Shown: positions 33,285-45,115 of the stretch, piece after piece
Layout: each line of letters starts with the position of its first letter
Numbering within the stretch: position 1 is the stretch's first letter
Assembly: GCA_965219415.1 (NCBI GenBank)
Contig: CBDCNP010000002.1
Coordinates: 2,656,001 to 2,720,000 of the forward strand
DNA: 64,000 nucleotides
Direction: 5' to 3'
Origin: Candidatus Marinacidobacterales bacterium
GTDB lineage: Bacteria; Acidobacteriota; Vicinamibacteria; Marinacidobacterales; DATDRI01
Notes under the pieces: model-generated
What the model saw: only the letters and a program-made list of their open reading frames with translations
Databases searched by the model: none
Told to the model about the DNA's origin: nothing
Made by a program: the position numbers and the translations under genes

Positions 33285-33856
33285 CGAGGGGACCCGCTAT
33301 TCACCGAAGCGGTACGTGGGCTGTTGAGAGGTTCAGGCGTGAAGCCCCTCCGCCTTCCCGCTAATAGTCCGAATCTGAACGCATATGCGGAAAGATTCGT
33401 TCTCTCCATACGTGGAGAGTGTCTCGACCGCTTCGTACCTCTCAGTGAGCGACACCTGCGGACAGCAGTAACCGAATACGTCGTGCACTATCACACAGAA
33501 CGGAACCACCAAGGTCTCGGCAACGAGCTCATCACACCTCTGCCGGCAAGCCCGACTGACGCTGGCCCCATCGTGTCGCGAGAGCGACTTGGGGGCATTC
33601 TCAAGTACTACTGCCGTGCCGCCTAGATTGTGGCCGGGACGGTAGCCCCTCGGTGGACTCGACCGGTGTAGCGTGGAAACACAGCTTCAGGAACACGCTT
33701 GGATATTCGCTCTCGACCAGGTGGTCGTCTGCATGGTGACGACCCGTCCGCCCAAGACGATTGTAGAGCCTACGGCCCTTGGCACGGTCGCAAACACAGA
33801 CACTAAGTCGCTGATTTATGGCCTATTTCAAAAGGGCCGAGTTTTGGCACAGGACG
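33285..33856 (+). mobile_element. 3' part of a type-A rve element with its right end
   Basis: [45 protein letters not shown]; ends GTTTTGGCACAGGACG. Confidence 0.85.
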
Positions 33857-34122
33857 CGATCAGCAGGGCCAAGCAGAAAGACGGATTCGTCAGCGAGATC
33901 GTCCTGACCCATTTTTCAGACAAGGCCACCATCATATGCAAGAAGGGGCTAGTTCCCGGAAGTCCCTCACAGCTGAAATGCAATTTCCACGCGATCCGTG
34001 AGCTACGCAATGATATAGCCCATGCAAATTACTATGCCGAGACGCCTAAAACGGCTCTTAACGTCTGTGCGGTGGTCAGAACAATTCTCCAGATCAATGA
34101 GGACATGCACGTCAGCAGTTAG
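33857..34122 (+). pseudogene. Second HEPN (RxxxxH) C-terminal fragment
   Basis: FHAIRELRNDIAHANYYA; paralog of 6247-6578. Confidence 0.55.
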
Positions 34123-34614
34123 AAGGAGAGGTACGCTCCAAAGCTAAAGCAGAAAAAGGCGCCAGAGAGAAGACAAGATTTTTGTGCAAAGGCAGAATTC
34201 GATCTCAAATGGCGGTTCCAGTCACGGCTTCATGGTTGGCAAGGTTAGACGACAGAGTTGTGTCATTGAGTTCCACAAGGCATCGAATGGTGTCGTCTGT
34301 TGACTATGATCATCCGGCGTTGAACTTCGACAGTACTTCGAATGTGAGGTTGAAGATTCCGGTGAGGATCTTTCTGCTTACAAGATCGTGGACTTTACGA
34401 TTTTGGGATCCGATTAGAAGAAGCCTATGAAGCCACAACGAAAAATAGGCAGGACCAATCCCTTCAACAGGACCGATGTTTGGCGAAGGGCCCGGTGACC
34501 GCCGGATCTGTCCCGCTTCTTGTGGAAATAGGAATGGCGTAACCTCCGAATTAACCAAAACCAAACCGCACATGGAAAGGCGAGGAGGAGGATTACGCCA
34601 TGAAGAAGCCTACC

Positions 34615-34646
34615 CGTCCTGTGCCAAAACTCGGCCCTTTTGAAAT
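34615..34646 (+). mobile_element. Type-A end stub, cut by IS3
   Basis: CGTCCTGTGCCAAAACTCGGCCCTTTTGAAAT. Confidence 0.8.
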
Positions 34647-34647
34647 G

Positions 34648-35961
<1,314 letters not shown>

Positions 35962-36115
35962 GTACCCGTCCAGATTAATCCGGATCAATGATGATGAGAG
36001 ACTACTGGACTGAGTTCATGTTTCAGGCCTACGTGAATCACCGAACGGAAGTCATCTTCCTCGCGGGGTTGCCCGACGTTGCCAAGAGTCGGCTGCACTC
36101 GCGGGTCAACACCCA

Positions 36116-38854
36116 ATGAGGCAGCTTTTCCACGATAGTGCCACCGGGGCCAACGCCACCCTTCTTTGCGGATTGACCCCGAGCGGCCGCATTGACGTCC
36201 ACCCCGGCTCGCCCGATGAGGGCACGAGCCTGTCCGCCGCAGTGCAACGGCGCATTATCGATGCGTTCAACGTGGGGCGCGGGCATGGGGTGTTGCATCT
36301 GGGAGCGGGAGAGCTGAGCACCGACCTTCACCCTACGCTTTCGTACTGGCGCGACATCGGGAAGGCCTTGGTGGTCAGGGTCTGTGGCGGGTTGGATCCA
36401 ACCGACCCAACGTCTCTGGTCGTGCCCGAGCCCGCCCCGGACGAGCTCTCGGATTTCACCCAGGCGGCCCCTCCCATGCAGGGCGCCGAGCTGATCACAC
36501 CCTCGATGCTCGGCGAGCTGTGGCGCGACATCGGGAAGGCCCTGACCACCGAAGCAGCACGGTTTGAGCTTGGCGTCCAGGGATACCTGAAGAAGCAGGG
36601 CTCGGTATGGAACGTGGTCGGCCGGGTCTGTTTCCACCTGGCCGAGAACAAACGCGACCCCTCGTATCCCTTCGCCTTCATCGCGACCTATGTTCACAAG
36701 GTCTCCAAGGAGGCCAAGCCTCAGCACCTGCCCCTCGGGCGAGCGCTCAAGGACTACGCCGGGGCGAAGAACCGACAGAAACTACTCGCGCTGCTCTCTC
36801 CCTTGTCGCGCGCGGCCGGGCAGAGCGCGTTCATCCGCGAGCTGGTCGACTCCGGCGACATCTACCACCCCCTGTCCTGGAGACCCGCGGAGGCGCATCA
36901 CTTCCTCTGCGAGATCGCACTGTACGAGCAAGCCGGTCTCGTTGTGCGCATGCCCGACTGGTGGGGAGCCAAGAGTCACCCCCGTCCCAAGGTCTCCGTG
37001 TTGGTGGGCGGCAAGGCGCCGTCGACGCTGGGTATGGACGCGCTCCTGGACTTCGACGTCAAGCTGACCCTCGACGGCAAGAATCTGTCGACGAGGGAGA
37101 TCGAGATGCTGCTCGCAGCCAGCGAGGGTCTGGTGCTGGTCAAGGGGAAGTGGGTCGAGGTGAACCGGGACAAGCTCGGCGCGGTTCTCGAACAGTGGCG
37201 GGACGTGCAAAAGCAGGCCCAGGCCGGCGGAGTCAGCTTCGGCGAGGCCATGCGCATGCTGGCTGGCGCCGAGCTCGATGGCGACGACTCGAACGGCACC
37301 GAGGACGCTCGACAGGAATGGTCGGAGGTCATCGCAGGAAAATGGCTTTCGTCAAGGCTCGACGCGCTGCGCTCGCCTGAGCTCCGGGCCGAGATCGACT
37401 CGGACGCGGGCTTGCGGGGCGAGCTCCGTCCCTACCAGAAGCTCGGTGTGGAGTGGCTCTGGACCCTGCGCGGCCTGGAGCTCGGCGGCTGCCTTGCCGA
37501 CGATATGGGCCTGGGGAAAACCATCCAGGTGCTCGGTGTGCTGTCCATGAGCCGGCGCAACAAGGAGAAGGGTACCGACCTCCTGGTCGTGCCGGCCTCG
37601 CTCGTCGACAACTGGCGCCTGGAGATTGAACGCTTCGTGCCCCAGATGAAGTTTCTCATCGCCCACCCGTCGCGCATCCCCTCGCCCGAGCTCAAGAAGC
37701 TGCCAAAGGAGAAGGTGGATGCCCACGACGCGGTGATCACCACCTACGGCACCGCCATGCGGACCGAGTGGATGAAGTCGCATGCTTGGCGGAACGTAAT
37801 CCTCGACGAGGCCCAGGCCATCAAGAACCCCAGCGCCAAGCAAACCAGGGTGGTCAAAGCACTGGACTCGCGGTGGCGCCTAGCCCTCACCGGCACACCG
37901 GTGGAGAATCGCCTCGGCGACCTGTGGTCGATCTTCGACTTCCTGAATCCGGGGCTGCTAGGCTCGGCGAAGGCCTTCAATGGCCTGTGCAAATCCATGG
38001 CGTCGGGTAAGCAAGGAGGCTACGCGCCGCTGCGCAGGCTGGTGCAGCCGTATATTCTAAGAAGGCTCAAGACCGACAAGAGAGTCATTGCCGATCTGCC
38101 CGACAAGACCGAGGTCAATGCCTACTGCCTGCTGAGCAAGCGCCAGGCCGCCCTGTACAAGCAGTCGGTCGATGAGATGAAGAGGGTCATCGAGGAGCTG
38201 GAAGGCATCGAGCGGCGCGGTATGGTCCTGGCCTTTCTGATGCGCTTCAAGCAAATCTGCAATCACCCGTCCCATTGGCTCGGCGACGGAAGCTACGAGG
38301 CCGAAGACAGCGGCAAGCTCGCCCGGCTGCGCGAGCTTTGCGAGTCCATCTCCGCGCGCCAGGATAAGGTGCTGGTCTTCACCCAGTTCCGCGAGATGAC
38401 GGCGCCGCTGTCTCGCTTTCTGACCGAGGTCTTCGGTCGCGGCGGCCTCGTGCTGCATGGCGGAACGCCGGTCAAGAAGCGCCAAGGGCTGGTAAACAGG
38501 TTTCAGGAGGACGACCGGGTACCGTTCATGGTCCTTTCTCTAAAGGCTGGCGGTACTGGGCTCAATCTGACTGCGGCGTCCCATGTCATCCATTTTGACC
38601 GATGGTGGAACCCGGCGGTTGAAAACCAGGCCACGGACCGCGCCTTTCGCATCGGCCAGAAGAAGAACGTACTCGTTCACAAGTTCATCTGCCGGGGCAC
38701 GGTGGAGGAACGCATCGACGAACTGATCTCCGGGAAGCAGAAGCTCGCAGGCAAGCTCCTTTCAGGTGGTGCGGAGTCGGCCTTGACGGAGATGAGCAAC
38801 GAGGATTTGATCTCTATGGTGTCCCTCGACTTGAGCAGCGCCTTGGAGGAATAG
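36116..38854 (+). CDS. SNF2-family helicase/ATPase
   Basis: LADDMGLGKT, ILDEAQAIKN, LTGTPVEN, SLKAGGTGLNL, WWNPAVENQATDRAFRIGQ. Confidence 0.95.
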   Translation: MRQLFHDSATGANATLLCGLTPSGRIDVHPGSPDEGTSLSAAVQRRIIDAFNVGRGHGVLHLGAGELSTDLHPTLSYWRDIGKALVVRVCGGLDPTDPTSLVVPEPAPDELSDFTQAAPPMQGAELITPSMLGELWRDIGKALTTEAARFELGVQGYLKKQGSVWNVVGRVCFHLAENKRDPSYPFAFIATYVHKVSKEAKPQHLPLGRALKDYAGAKNRQKLLALLSPLSRAAGQSAFIRELVDSGDIYHPLSWRPAEAHHFLCEIALYEQAGLVVRMPDWWGAKSHPRPKVSVLVGGKAPSTLGMDALLDFDVKLTLDGKNLSTREIEMLLAASEGLVLVKGKWVEVNRDKLGAVLEQWRDVQKQAQAGGVSFGEAMRMLAGAELDGDDSNGTEDARQEWSEVIAGKWLSSRLDALRSPELRAEIDSDAGLRGELRPYQKLGVEWLWTLRGLELGGCLADDMGLGKTIQVLGVLSMSRRNKEKGTDLLVVPASLVDNWRLEIERFVPQMKFLIAHPSRIPSPELKKLPKEKVDAHDAVITTYGTAMRTEWMKSHAWRNVILDEAQAIKNPSAKQTRVVKALDSRWRLALTGTPVENRLGDLWSIFDFLNPGLLGSAKAFNGLCKSMASGKQGGYAPLRRLVQPYILRRLKTDKRVIADLPDKTEVNAYCLLSKRQAALYKQSVDEMKRVIEELEGIERRGMVLAFLMRFKQICNHPSHWLGDGSYEAEDSGKLARLRELCESISARQDKVLVFTQFREMTAPLSRFLTEVFGRGGLVLHGGTPVKKRQGLVNRFQEDDRVPFMVLSLKAGGTGLNLTAASHVIHFDRWWNPAVENQATDRAFRIGQKKNVLVHKFICRGTVEERIDELISGKQKLAGKLLSGGAESALTEMSNEDLISMVSLDLSSALEE

Positions 38855-38899
38855 AAGATGCACGAACGCGCTCGTCACAAGAAAGCGTGAGGTGAGCTC

Positions 38900-39745
38900 A
38901 TGGGCTGGTACTCGTGGCGCCCTTACGTCTCCGTGGCAGCGCGCCGCCGTCATGCCGCGAAGAGGGTCGCTAAGATGAAAAAAGCCGGACGCGAGATCTC
39001 ACCGATCGAGATCGTGGGCCGCAAGATCGCAACCACCTTCTGGGGTGATGCTTGGTGCAAGAACCTCGAGTCGTACAGCGACTACTCGAACCGCCTGCCT
39101 CGCGGCCGAACCTACGTGCACAACGGTTCGGTGATCGATCTTCAGATCGAGGCGGGGCGTGTGCGATCTCTCGTCAGCGGCTCCGACATCTATGAGGTGG
39201 ACACCCAGATCAAAAGCCTGGCGAAGAAGCGCTGGACCGACATCAAGGGCCAATGTGCAGGCAAAATCGACTCGCTGGTCGAGCTGCTGCAGGGCTCCAT
39301 CTCCAAGGGCGTGATGGAGATCGTGACCTGCAAGGGAGAGGGATTGTTTCCTGCCCCTCGGGAGATCTCGCTGAGTTGCTCGTGCCCCGACTGGGCGACC
39401 ATGTGCAAGCACGTGGCGGCGACGCTCTACGGCGTAGGCGCACGCCTCGACCACGAGCCGGAGCTGCTGTTCACCTTGCGAGGTGTCGACCCAGCCGAGA
39501 TGGTGGAGGCCGCCGTCGACCAGCCACCGACTGGAGACAAGTCCCGGAGTGGCAGGGTGCTCAAATCCGACAGGCTGTCATCGGTCTTCGGTGTCGACAT
39601 CGATATGGGTGGGGTCTCTGATGACGATCTTGCGCCGCTCGCCAAGAAGAGTCGGCGCGCTGGGCAGACCGGAAGGAAACCAGGTAGGCGTTCTACCTCG
39701 TTCAGGAAGCCGACGGCTCGCGCCGGGACGCGCAAGAAAAAGTAG
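38900..39745 (+). CDS. SWIM zinc-finger protein
   Basis: RLPRGRTY, CSCPDWATMCKHVAA (CxCx6CxH), LFTLRG. Confidence 0.92.
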   Translation: MGWYSWRPYVSVAARRRHAAKRVAKMKKAGREISPIEIVGRKIATTFWGDAWCKNLESYSDYSNRLPRGRTYVHNGSVIDLQIEAGRVRSLVSGSDIYEVDTQIKSLAKKRWTDIKGQCAGKIDSLVELLQGSISKGVMEIVTCKGEGLFPAPREISLSCSCPDWATMCKHVAATLYGVGARLDHEPELLFTLRGVDPAEMVEAAVDQPPTGDKSRSGRVLKSDRLSSVFGVDIDMGGVSDDDLAPLAKKSRRAGQTGRKPGRRSTSFRKPTARAGTRKKK

Positions 39746-39808
39746 AAGGGTGCGACAATACCGCCTGCCCTCCACGAGTGGCCCCAGGACAGGTCTCGTA
39801 GCTCCCGA

Positions 39809-40003
39809 GGCGTTGTTGCACCGCTCTTGGCTGAGAGCGAAATCTGCCTATGGTGGTGGCCGGGGTATGTTTGACCATGAAGTATCCCAAGCGCAGTCGG
39901 TACAAACACGCGAAACAGAAGAAGTACCACGTTCGCAACTGGGCGGAATACAACGAAGGCCTGCGCCGCCGGGGCGATTTGACGGTCTGGTTTGACGAGG
40001 AGG
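39809..40003 (+). mobile_element. IS5 (IS903-like) left end and N-terminal remnant
   Basis: GGCGTTGTTGCA start; YHVRNWAEYNEGLRRRGDLTVWF. Confidence 0.8.
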
Positions 40004-40077
40004 TCCACGGCGTGTACCCGCTGTAGAATTCCCCGGTGCGCAACGCGATGACGTTCTCGTCCGGGTAGGTATTGAAC

Positions 40078-40197
40078 GGCACTGTCAAATTGAGGTCTCA
40101 AGCCCGGAGTGGGTCGCTAGATAATGGGGCTTGAGCACACCGCGTTGCCAACATCTCGGGGTCGGATTGGCCCTGAATGCCTCAATTTGACAGTACC
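40078..40197. mobile_element. 120-bp MITE with IS6-like TIRs
   Basis: GGCACTGTCAAATTGAGG / GGTACTGTCAAATTGAGG (17/18 match). Confidence 0.75.
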
Positions 40198-40271
40198 GGA
40201 GATGGCCCTGATCTCGGCGTGTTGCGCTTCTGTGGACCGTTTCTGCTACGAGATGAGGAGCCGCTGTTCCC

Positions 40272-40375
40272 CGTCCTGTGCCAAAACTCAGCCCTTTTGA
40301 AATAGGCCATAAATCAGCAGCTTAGTGTCTGTGTTTGCGACCGGGCCAAGGGCCGTGGCCTTTACAATCGTCTGG
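40272..40375 (+). mobile_element. Solo ~104-bp type-A end
   Basis: Full CGTCCTGTGCC...TTTACAATCGTCTGG block. Confidence 0.85.
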
Positions 40376-40449
40376 GAGGTCCTTATTTGTCTCGGATTTG
40401 GCCTAAACCAAGATCCGGCAAGGCTTGAGGAGCATCCTGTTCATCCTCG

Positions 40450-40562
40450 TCACCCGGCGCGTTCTTGATGGCCTTGAGCTGCTCCGTCACCTACCCCGAG
40501 ACGAGCGAGAGCACAAGGATCCGGTGCGACCTCATGTGCTGGTGATCGACGAGAACAACCGC
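40450..40562 (+). pseudogene. Possible McrB-like AAA fragment
   Basis: RPHVLVIDENNR resembles the McrB Walker B (VLIIDEINR). Confidence 0.4.
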
Positions 40563-40588
40563 AGTCATCGGGCCTCCATGAGGAGGCT

Positions 40589-41380
40589 TCAAATCGATGG
40601 AAGATCCGACGACGATATCTTCTGGATGTTGCCATCTGGGCCGTGAGCCTTCTCCGCCGCCCGGCGAATAACCGTCTTGATGGCCTCTTCTAGAAATCGG
40701 TGGTCCTGATATGTCAGATCATTGTCCTTGCCGCTCGCCTTTCTCGCTTGCTGGCCGCCTCTCTCCGAGGAAAGGTGGCCGATCTTGTTGAGCACCTCCA
40801 ACTCTATCCGATACATTTCAGATGCCAACTCCCTACACTTTTTCTTCTCGTTGCTTTTCTTCTTCGTTGAACGTTCAAGTATGGTCAGACAGAAATAGGC
40901 CATGCTCGCCAAAGGTTCTCTGTCCTGGAGATAACCCATGTAGCGATCATACATGGTCTGCACATCGGGGATGAGCTTGAGTCCCGATGATGGTGGCGAA
41001 GGATAAGGTTTTGAAACGGCAGCCATAACGCTTACCTTCGGTACCCCGCTCGTGATGCTCACGGACGCATCCTTCACACCCGGTGTCACCGGTGTCGGCT
41101 TCCGGTCCTCAATCTGCGCCTTTTTAAACTTTAACTTGAAATAGTTCGGCCCTTCCCGAAGGCTAGCGTCGAACTCCCAAACGCGGATGTAGTCTTCAAT
41201 GGCTTTCCGTGCAGCGTCTTCCGTCTCGTAGTGTTCCTTGAATTCAAAGCGCACTTGCTCATTCACGATCTCGACACGAAAATCTCTCTCTTCGTGATCG
41301 ATTGGCTCCGCCTCGCCATAATCAACCCCCCGACCATGTTCGATTTGGTAAAGCAATGCGACTACATGAGGATCGTTCAT
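40589..41380 (-). CDS. Hypothetical protein immediately downstream of an hsdS remnant
   Basis: Intact ORF from MNDPHVVAL; visibly lower GC than surroundings. Confidence 0.75.
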   Translation of the reverse strand: MNDPHVVALLYQIEHGRGVDYGEAEPIDHEERDFRVEIVNEQVRFEFKEHYETEDAARKAIEDYIRVWEFDASLREGPNYFKLKFKKAQIEDRKPTPVTPGVKDASVSITSGVPKVSVMAAVSKPYPSPPSSGLKLIPDVQTMYDRYMGYLQDREPLASMAYFCLTILERSTKKKSNEKKKCRELASEMYRIELEVLNKIGHLSSERGGQQARKASGKDNDLTYQDHRFLEEAIKTVIRRAAEKAHGPDGNIQKISSSDLPSI

Positions 41381-41531
41381 TGAACTACCCCGGGAATGTG
41401 TGCCGAGGGGCGACGGCACCTCGTGTAGGAGGGCGTCAAGCAGGCGGCAGCGGGTATCATCGCCACTAGCGAGGCTTGCCCCCAGTGGGTCACAGAGCGT
41501 CATCAGTTCATCGACTTTGGCGACGATACGG
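41381..41531 (-). pseudogene. hsdS: C-terminal remnant of a second HsdS
   Basis: HRIVAKVDELMTLCD...TRCRLLDALLHE. Confidence 0.75.
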
Positions 41532-42620
41532 TGCCTTGGTGCACAACTCTCGATCTCGGTCCACAATTGTCCTGTACTCGCGGATACGAGGTTCCCCATG
41601 AGCATTTTCAAACGCACTCAGCGGAAGTATGTGAAGAAGGCCTATCGCGTGAGGAATTGGCGTGAATATGAGGCGGGTCTACGCAACCGCGGGAGCCTGA
41701 CCGTCTGGATCTCGCTCACCGCCGGCAAGCTTGTGAACTGGGACGCGCCCCGGCCAAGGAGGAGGAAACCGGGCCGTCAACGCAAGTACTCGAACCACGC
41801 CATCGAGACGGCTGTCACCCTGGGCATGGTGTTTCATCTGTCATCTAGGCAGAGCGAGGGATTGCTGCGGTCGTTGTTCGCTCTGATGAAGCTAGACAAT
41901 GATGTGCCCGATCACACCACGATCTCGAGGCGCAAGCCGAAGCTGGGTAAGGTCCCCTTCTACCCAGTCAAGCAGAAGACGCCGTTGCACATCTTGTTCG
42001 ACAGCAGCGGTCTCGCTGTCCACGCCGGCCAGCTGCGCAGAGCACAAAAGAGCAGGGACTATCGCAAGCTCCATCTGTGTGTCGACGAGCAGAGTGGCGA
42101 AGTCGTCGCCGGCGAGCTGACGAGCAAAAGAGCCCGCGATTCATCGCGGGTTGCATCGCTTGTCGGACAGATCGACAGTCCCATCTCATCGGCCAGAGCT
42201 GACACCGCATACGACGCCGGCGGCGTCTATGAGGCAATCGAGAATCACAGCGCTCATCGCTCGCCGAGGGTGCTGATACCGCCGCGCAAGGGCGCCCTGC
42301 TCGCATCGGGGCCGGCGAGCAGCCGACAGCGCAATCGCAACATTGCAGCACAAGCTCGGCTCGGCAAACGAAAGTGGCACACAGAATCGGGCTACAGCAA
42401 ACGGAGCAAAGTCGAGACAACGTTCCATCGCTACAAGGCTTTATCGTGGGCTCAGCGATGCGAGCGAGAGGGTTGGCGGCACAGAGAGGTGAGGCAAGGA
42501 TCGGGTGCAAGATTCTCAACACCATGACGGCGCTCGGGATGCCTGATAGCGAGATGATCGGATGATGGGAGTCGGGGCCAAGCGAGCTCTCGGCCTCTAT
42601 CGGAGTTGTGCACCAAGGCA
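41532..42620 (+). mobile_element. IS5-family (IS903-like) element, transposase frameshifted near the C-terminus
   Basis: Perfect 18-bp TIR TGCCTTGGTGCACAACTC; YRVRNWREYE, PDHTTISRR, DSSGL, GYSKRSKVET; no TSD. Confidence 0.92.
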
Positions 42621-42834
42621 CATCATCGCCGCTTTTTCTCCCAGCGGAGAGAGTCTCGATGGTCCCGCTCACTTCTACCACCGACTCTTGCTCACCGAGC
42701 TCCTATACGGTGGACACAAGACGCTCGGGGACGCCGTCCTCGCCGCGCAGTCCAAGTTTGCAGAGTCGGGAGGGTACCTCGAGCTCCTCAGCATCTATCA
42801 CCTGTTTGGGGATCCGGCGATGTCGCTTCACTAG
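42621..42834 (+). pseudogene. C-terminal fragment of a C25 (gingipain-like) peptidase
   Basis: TLGDAVLAAQ...YHLFGDPAM. Confidence 0.6.
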
Positions 42835-42838
42835 CCGA

Positions 42839-43882
42839 TCACTGTGGAGCTTGGACCGGCTCGGGCTGCGCGTAGCGGGCGAAAGCCATATCCACGATGT
42901 ACTGAATGAGCTGCGGGTACGTGCGTCCGGTGCCTCGCCAGGCCATTGAGAACTCGGTGAAAGAAGCGAGCCATGGGTTGGGGTTCACTTCGAGGACGTG
43001 CACCGTGCCGTCCGTGGCCAATCGAATATCGACCCGACCGTAGTCGCGGCACTTCAACGCCTGGTACGCCGCTACCGCGGTTTCCTTTAGAAGCTTCTCG
43101 GTCTCCACCGGAAGATCGTCCGGTATGAAAGCCTCGGTGACTTTATAGAGCTTGGTCTCCTTCAACCACTTGACTTCGGTACCCGCGATCTTCGGCACAT
43201 CGCCGGGAACCCGAGAAAGATCCAACTCCACCAGCGGCAGTGCCTCTGGCCTTTCGTTCCCCACTACGCCCACGTAAATCTCGCGACCATCGATGTACTC
43301 TTCGATCAAAGCGGGGCTGTCGAAGCGGGTGTGAATGTAGTCGATGCGATGCATCAACTCCTTGACACTCGAGACAACCGATCCGGTGTCGATACCGATG
43401 GACCCATCCTCGGCCTGGGGCTTCACGATCAAAGGAAAGGAAATATCATCCGCCCAACCGGTCTTACCTCGATAGGAAACGGCGAAATAAGGAGTCCGGA
43501 TGCCGTGAAACGAAAGGAGCTTTTTCGCTAGTGTCTTGTCCTGGGCCAAATGCAAGGCGTGAGGACCGGCCCCGGTGTATTTCTTCCCCATGAGGTCCAA
43601 GTAGGCGGCGATGTGCATGTCCTTGGTGTCGTCACCGGCGTAGGACTCCGAGAGATTGAAAATGAGCGTCGCCTCGCATGAGGCCAACTTGCCGAGCGAC
43701 TTGGGTTCACCGTCCAGGACACAATAAAAAGGTTGGTAGCCTAGCTTCTTGAGAGTGGCGTAGACCTCTTCGTGAACTTCCTTCTCACGTTTGCGAGGCT
43801 TGCTTCCGCGCGGTTTCTCTGGCGGCGCATCGTCATCATCCCACCAGATATCGTAGAGAACCGCGACTCGCTGTTTGGGCAT
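42839..43882 (-). CDS. D-Ala-D-Ala ligase-like ATP-grasp protein
   Basis: FNLSE, YTGAG, QDKTLAK, FPLIVKP..EDGSIGI, EEYIDGRE, YGRVDIR, LEVNPNP. Confidence 0.9.
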   Translation of the reverse strand: MPKQRVAVLYDIWWDDDDAPPEKPRGSKPRKREKEVHEEVYATLKKLGYQPFYCVLDGEPKSLGKLASCEATLIFNLSESYAGDDTKDMHIAAYLDLMGKKYTGAGPHALHLAQDKTLAKKLLSFHGIRTPYFAVSYRGKTGWADDISFPLIVKPQAEDGSIGIDTGSVVSSVKELMHRIDYIHTRFDSPALIEEYIDGREIYVGVVGNERPEALPLVELDLSRVPGDVPKIAGTEVKWLKETKLYKVTEAFIPDDLPVETEKLLKETAVAAYQALKCRDYGRVDIRLATDGTVHVLEVNPNPWLASFTEFSMAWRGTGRTYPQLIQYIVDMAFARYAQPEPVQAPQ

Positions 43883-43930
43883 GACCTTCCGGGATGAGTC
43901 GAATTGTACACTACTTCTGCCTACTTCTGC

Positions 43931-44983
43931 CTACTTCTGAAAGACCTCGGTCCCTCGATGAAACGAAGCCCAGGCGAACCACATGGGACTGAACGTGGCG
44001 ATGGGCTGGAGCCGGGAGCCCGCGAGGGGACCTTCGACAGCGAGTCCCGAGAGATTCCAAAGCGTTCCGGTCCCCACATCCCGGAGCTCGAACGGGAATC
44101 CGTTTGCCGGAGAGACCTCGAAACGGAGGACCTCGCCATCCACGGTACGGCCGAAGGGAAGCGCCATCTGGGAGTCCTTGTCGAAAACCACCAGCACTGG
44201 CTCTCCATTCACCTCGTCGTTGACCGCGGCGCGCTGTCCCAAACCCTCATAGGGGTAGGCGCGTGCGACACCTCCTTTTACGATGCCCAGTACGAGCTCC
44301 TTCATGCGCAGTCGGGGATCTATGAAGGTGTGGGGGAAGAGCAACTCGGTGTCGTCGAGCTGGTCGTAGTTCCCGTAGGGATAGCGGTTGTAGTTTCGAT
44401 CGAATCCGGTGTTGAAACTCACCACCGTCGTTTCTGGCTGCAATTCCTTCCACGCCTTCCAAGTGGACTGGACGACGGGGAGCAGCTTGGGCCTCGTCTC
44501 GGCGAAATCACCGCAGATCGAGCTCACCCGCATTTGCGACCAAAGGCTGTCGGTGGCGCGGTCGAACATGATGAGATTGTTGTCGAAGAGAAGGCCACTC
44601 ACCCCGAAATTCTGGGACGAGCCGCCGATCACCGGATCATGCACCATCGCGCTGCCGGTCAGTGGGCAGAAGCTCACGACAATGGCCTTTCCCCCGAGGA
44701 TGTCATTCACGACCTCATGCCACCAAAAGACGTTGTGGGGATAGGCGCGGGCCTCGCCGTTGATTGCGACACCGACCACGAGGTCGCTCCCGGTGAGGAA
44801 ACTATCTCCGTCGAACGCTGTTACCGCGTCGGGCGTAGTCGGGGCGGGAATACCGTCTTTTCCGGGACCCCCGTTTATGATCTGCTCGGCGGGGATCGTG
44901 CAGTTTTGTGCTCGAACCGGCCCCATCAAGGGAGCCGCGCCAGACAGAGTTGCGATGAGGATCGCTGCAAGTCGTGGTGTCAT
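43931..44983 (-). CDS. DUF3179-family secreted protein
   Basis: GGPGKDGIP, ARAYP, HEVVND, FCPLTGS, GVSGLL, DRATDSLWSQ, WFAWASFH. Confidence 0.85.
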   Translation of the reverse strand: MTPRLAAILIATLSGAAPLMGPVRAQNCTIPAEQIINGGPGKDGIPAPTTPDAVTAFDGDSFLTGSDLVVGVAINGEARAYPHNVFWWHEVVNDILGGKAIVVSFCPLTGSAMVHDPVIGGSSQNFGVSGLLFDNNLIMFDRATDSLWSQMRVSSICGDFAETRPKLLPVVQSTWKAWKELQPETTVVSFNTGFDRNYNRYPYGNYDQLDDTELLFPHTFIDPRLRMKELVLGIVKGGVARAYPYEGLGQRAAVNDEVNGEPVLVVFDKDSQMALPFGRTVDGEVLRFEVSPANGFPFELRDVGTGTLWNLSGLAVEGPLAGSRLQPIATFSPMWFAWASFHRGTEVFQK

Positions 44984-45115
44984 GGATGTCTTCCTCCTAC
45001 ACTCTAAAGATGCCGCAATTGGGCTCACCGGGCTGTTAGGTTTCCGACACTTTTTTCGGGGCTTTCGAGGTAGTTCTTAATTAATGATAGTAGGCAGGTA
45101 TCGGAGTATCACGAA

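Noticed and set aside
34130-34610. Lower-GC stretch as a gene or ncRNA
   Set aside because: No convincing ORF, motif or structure was found.
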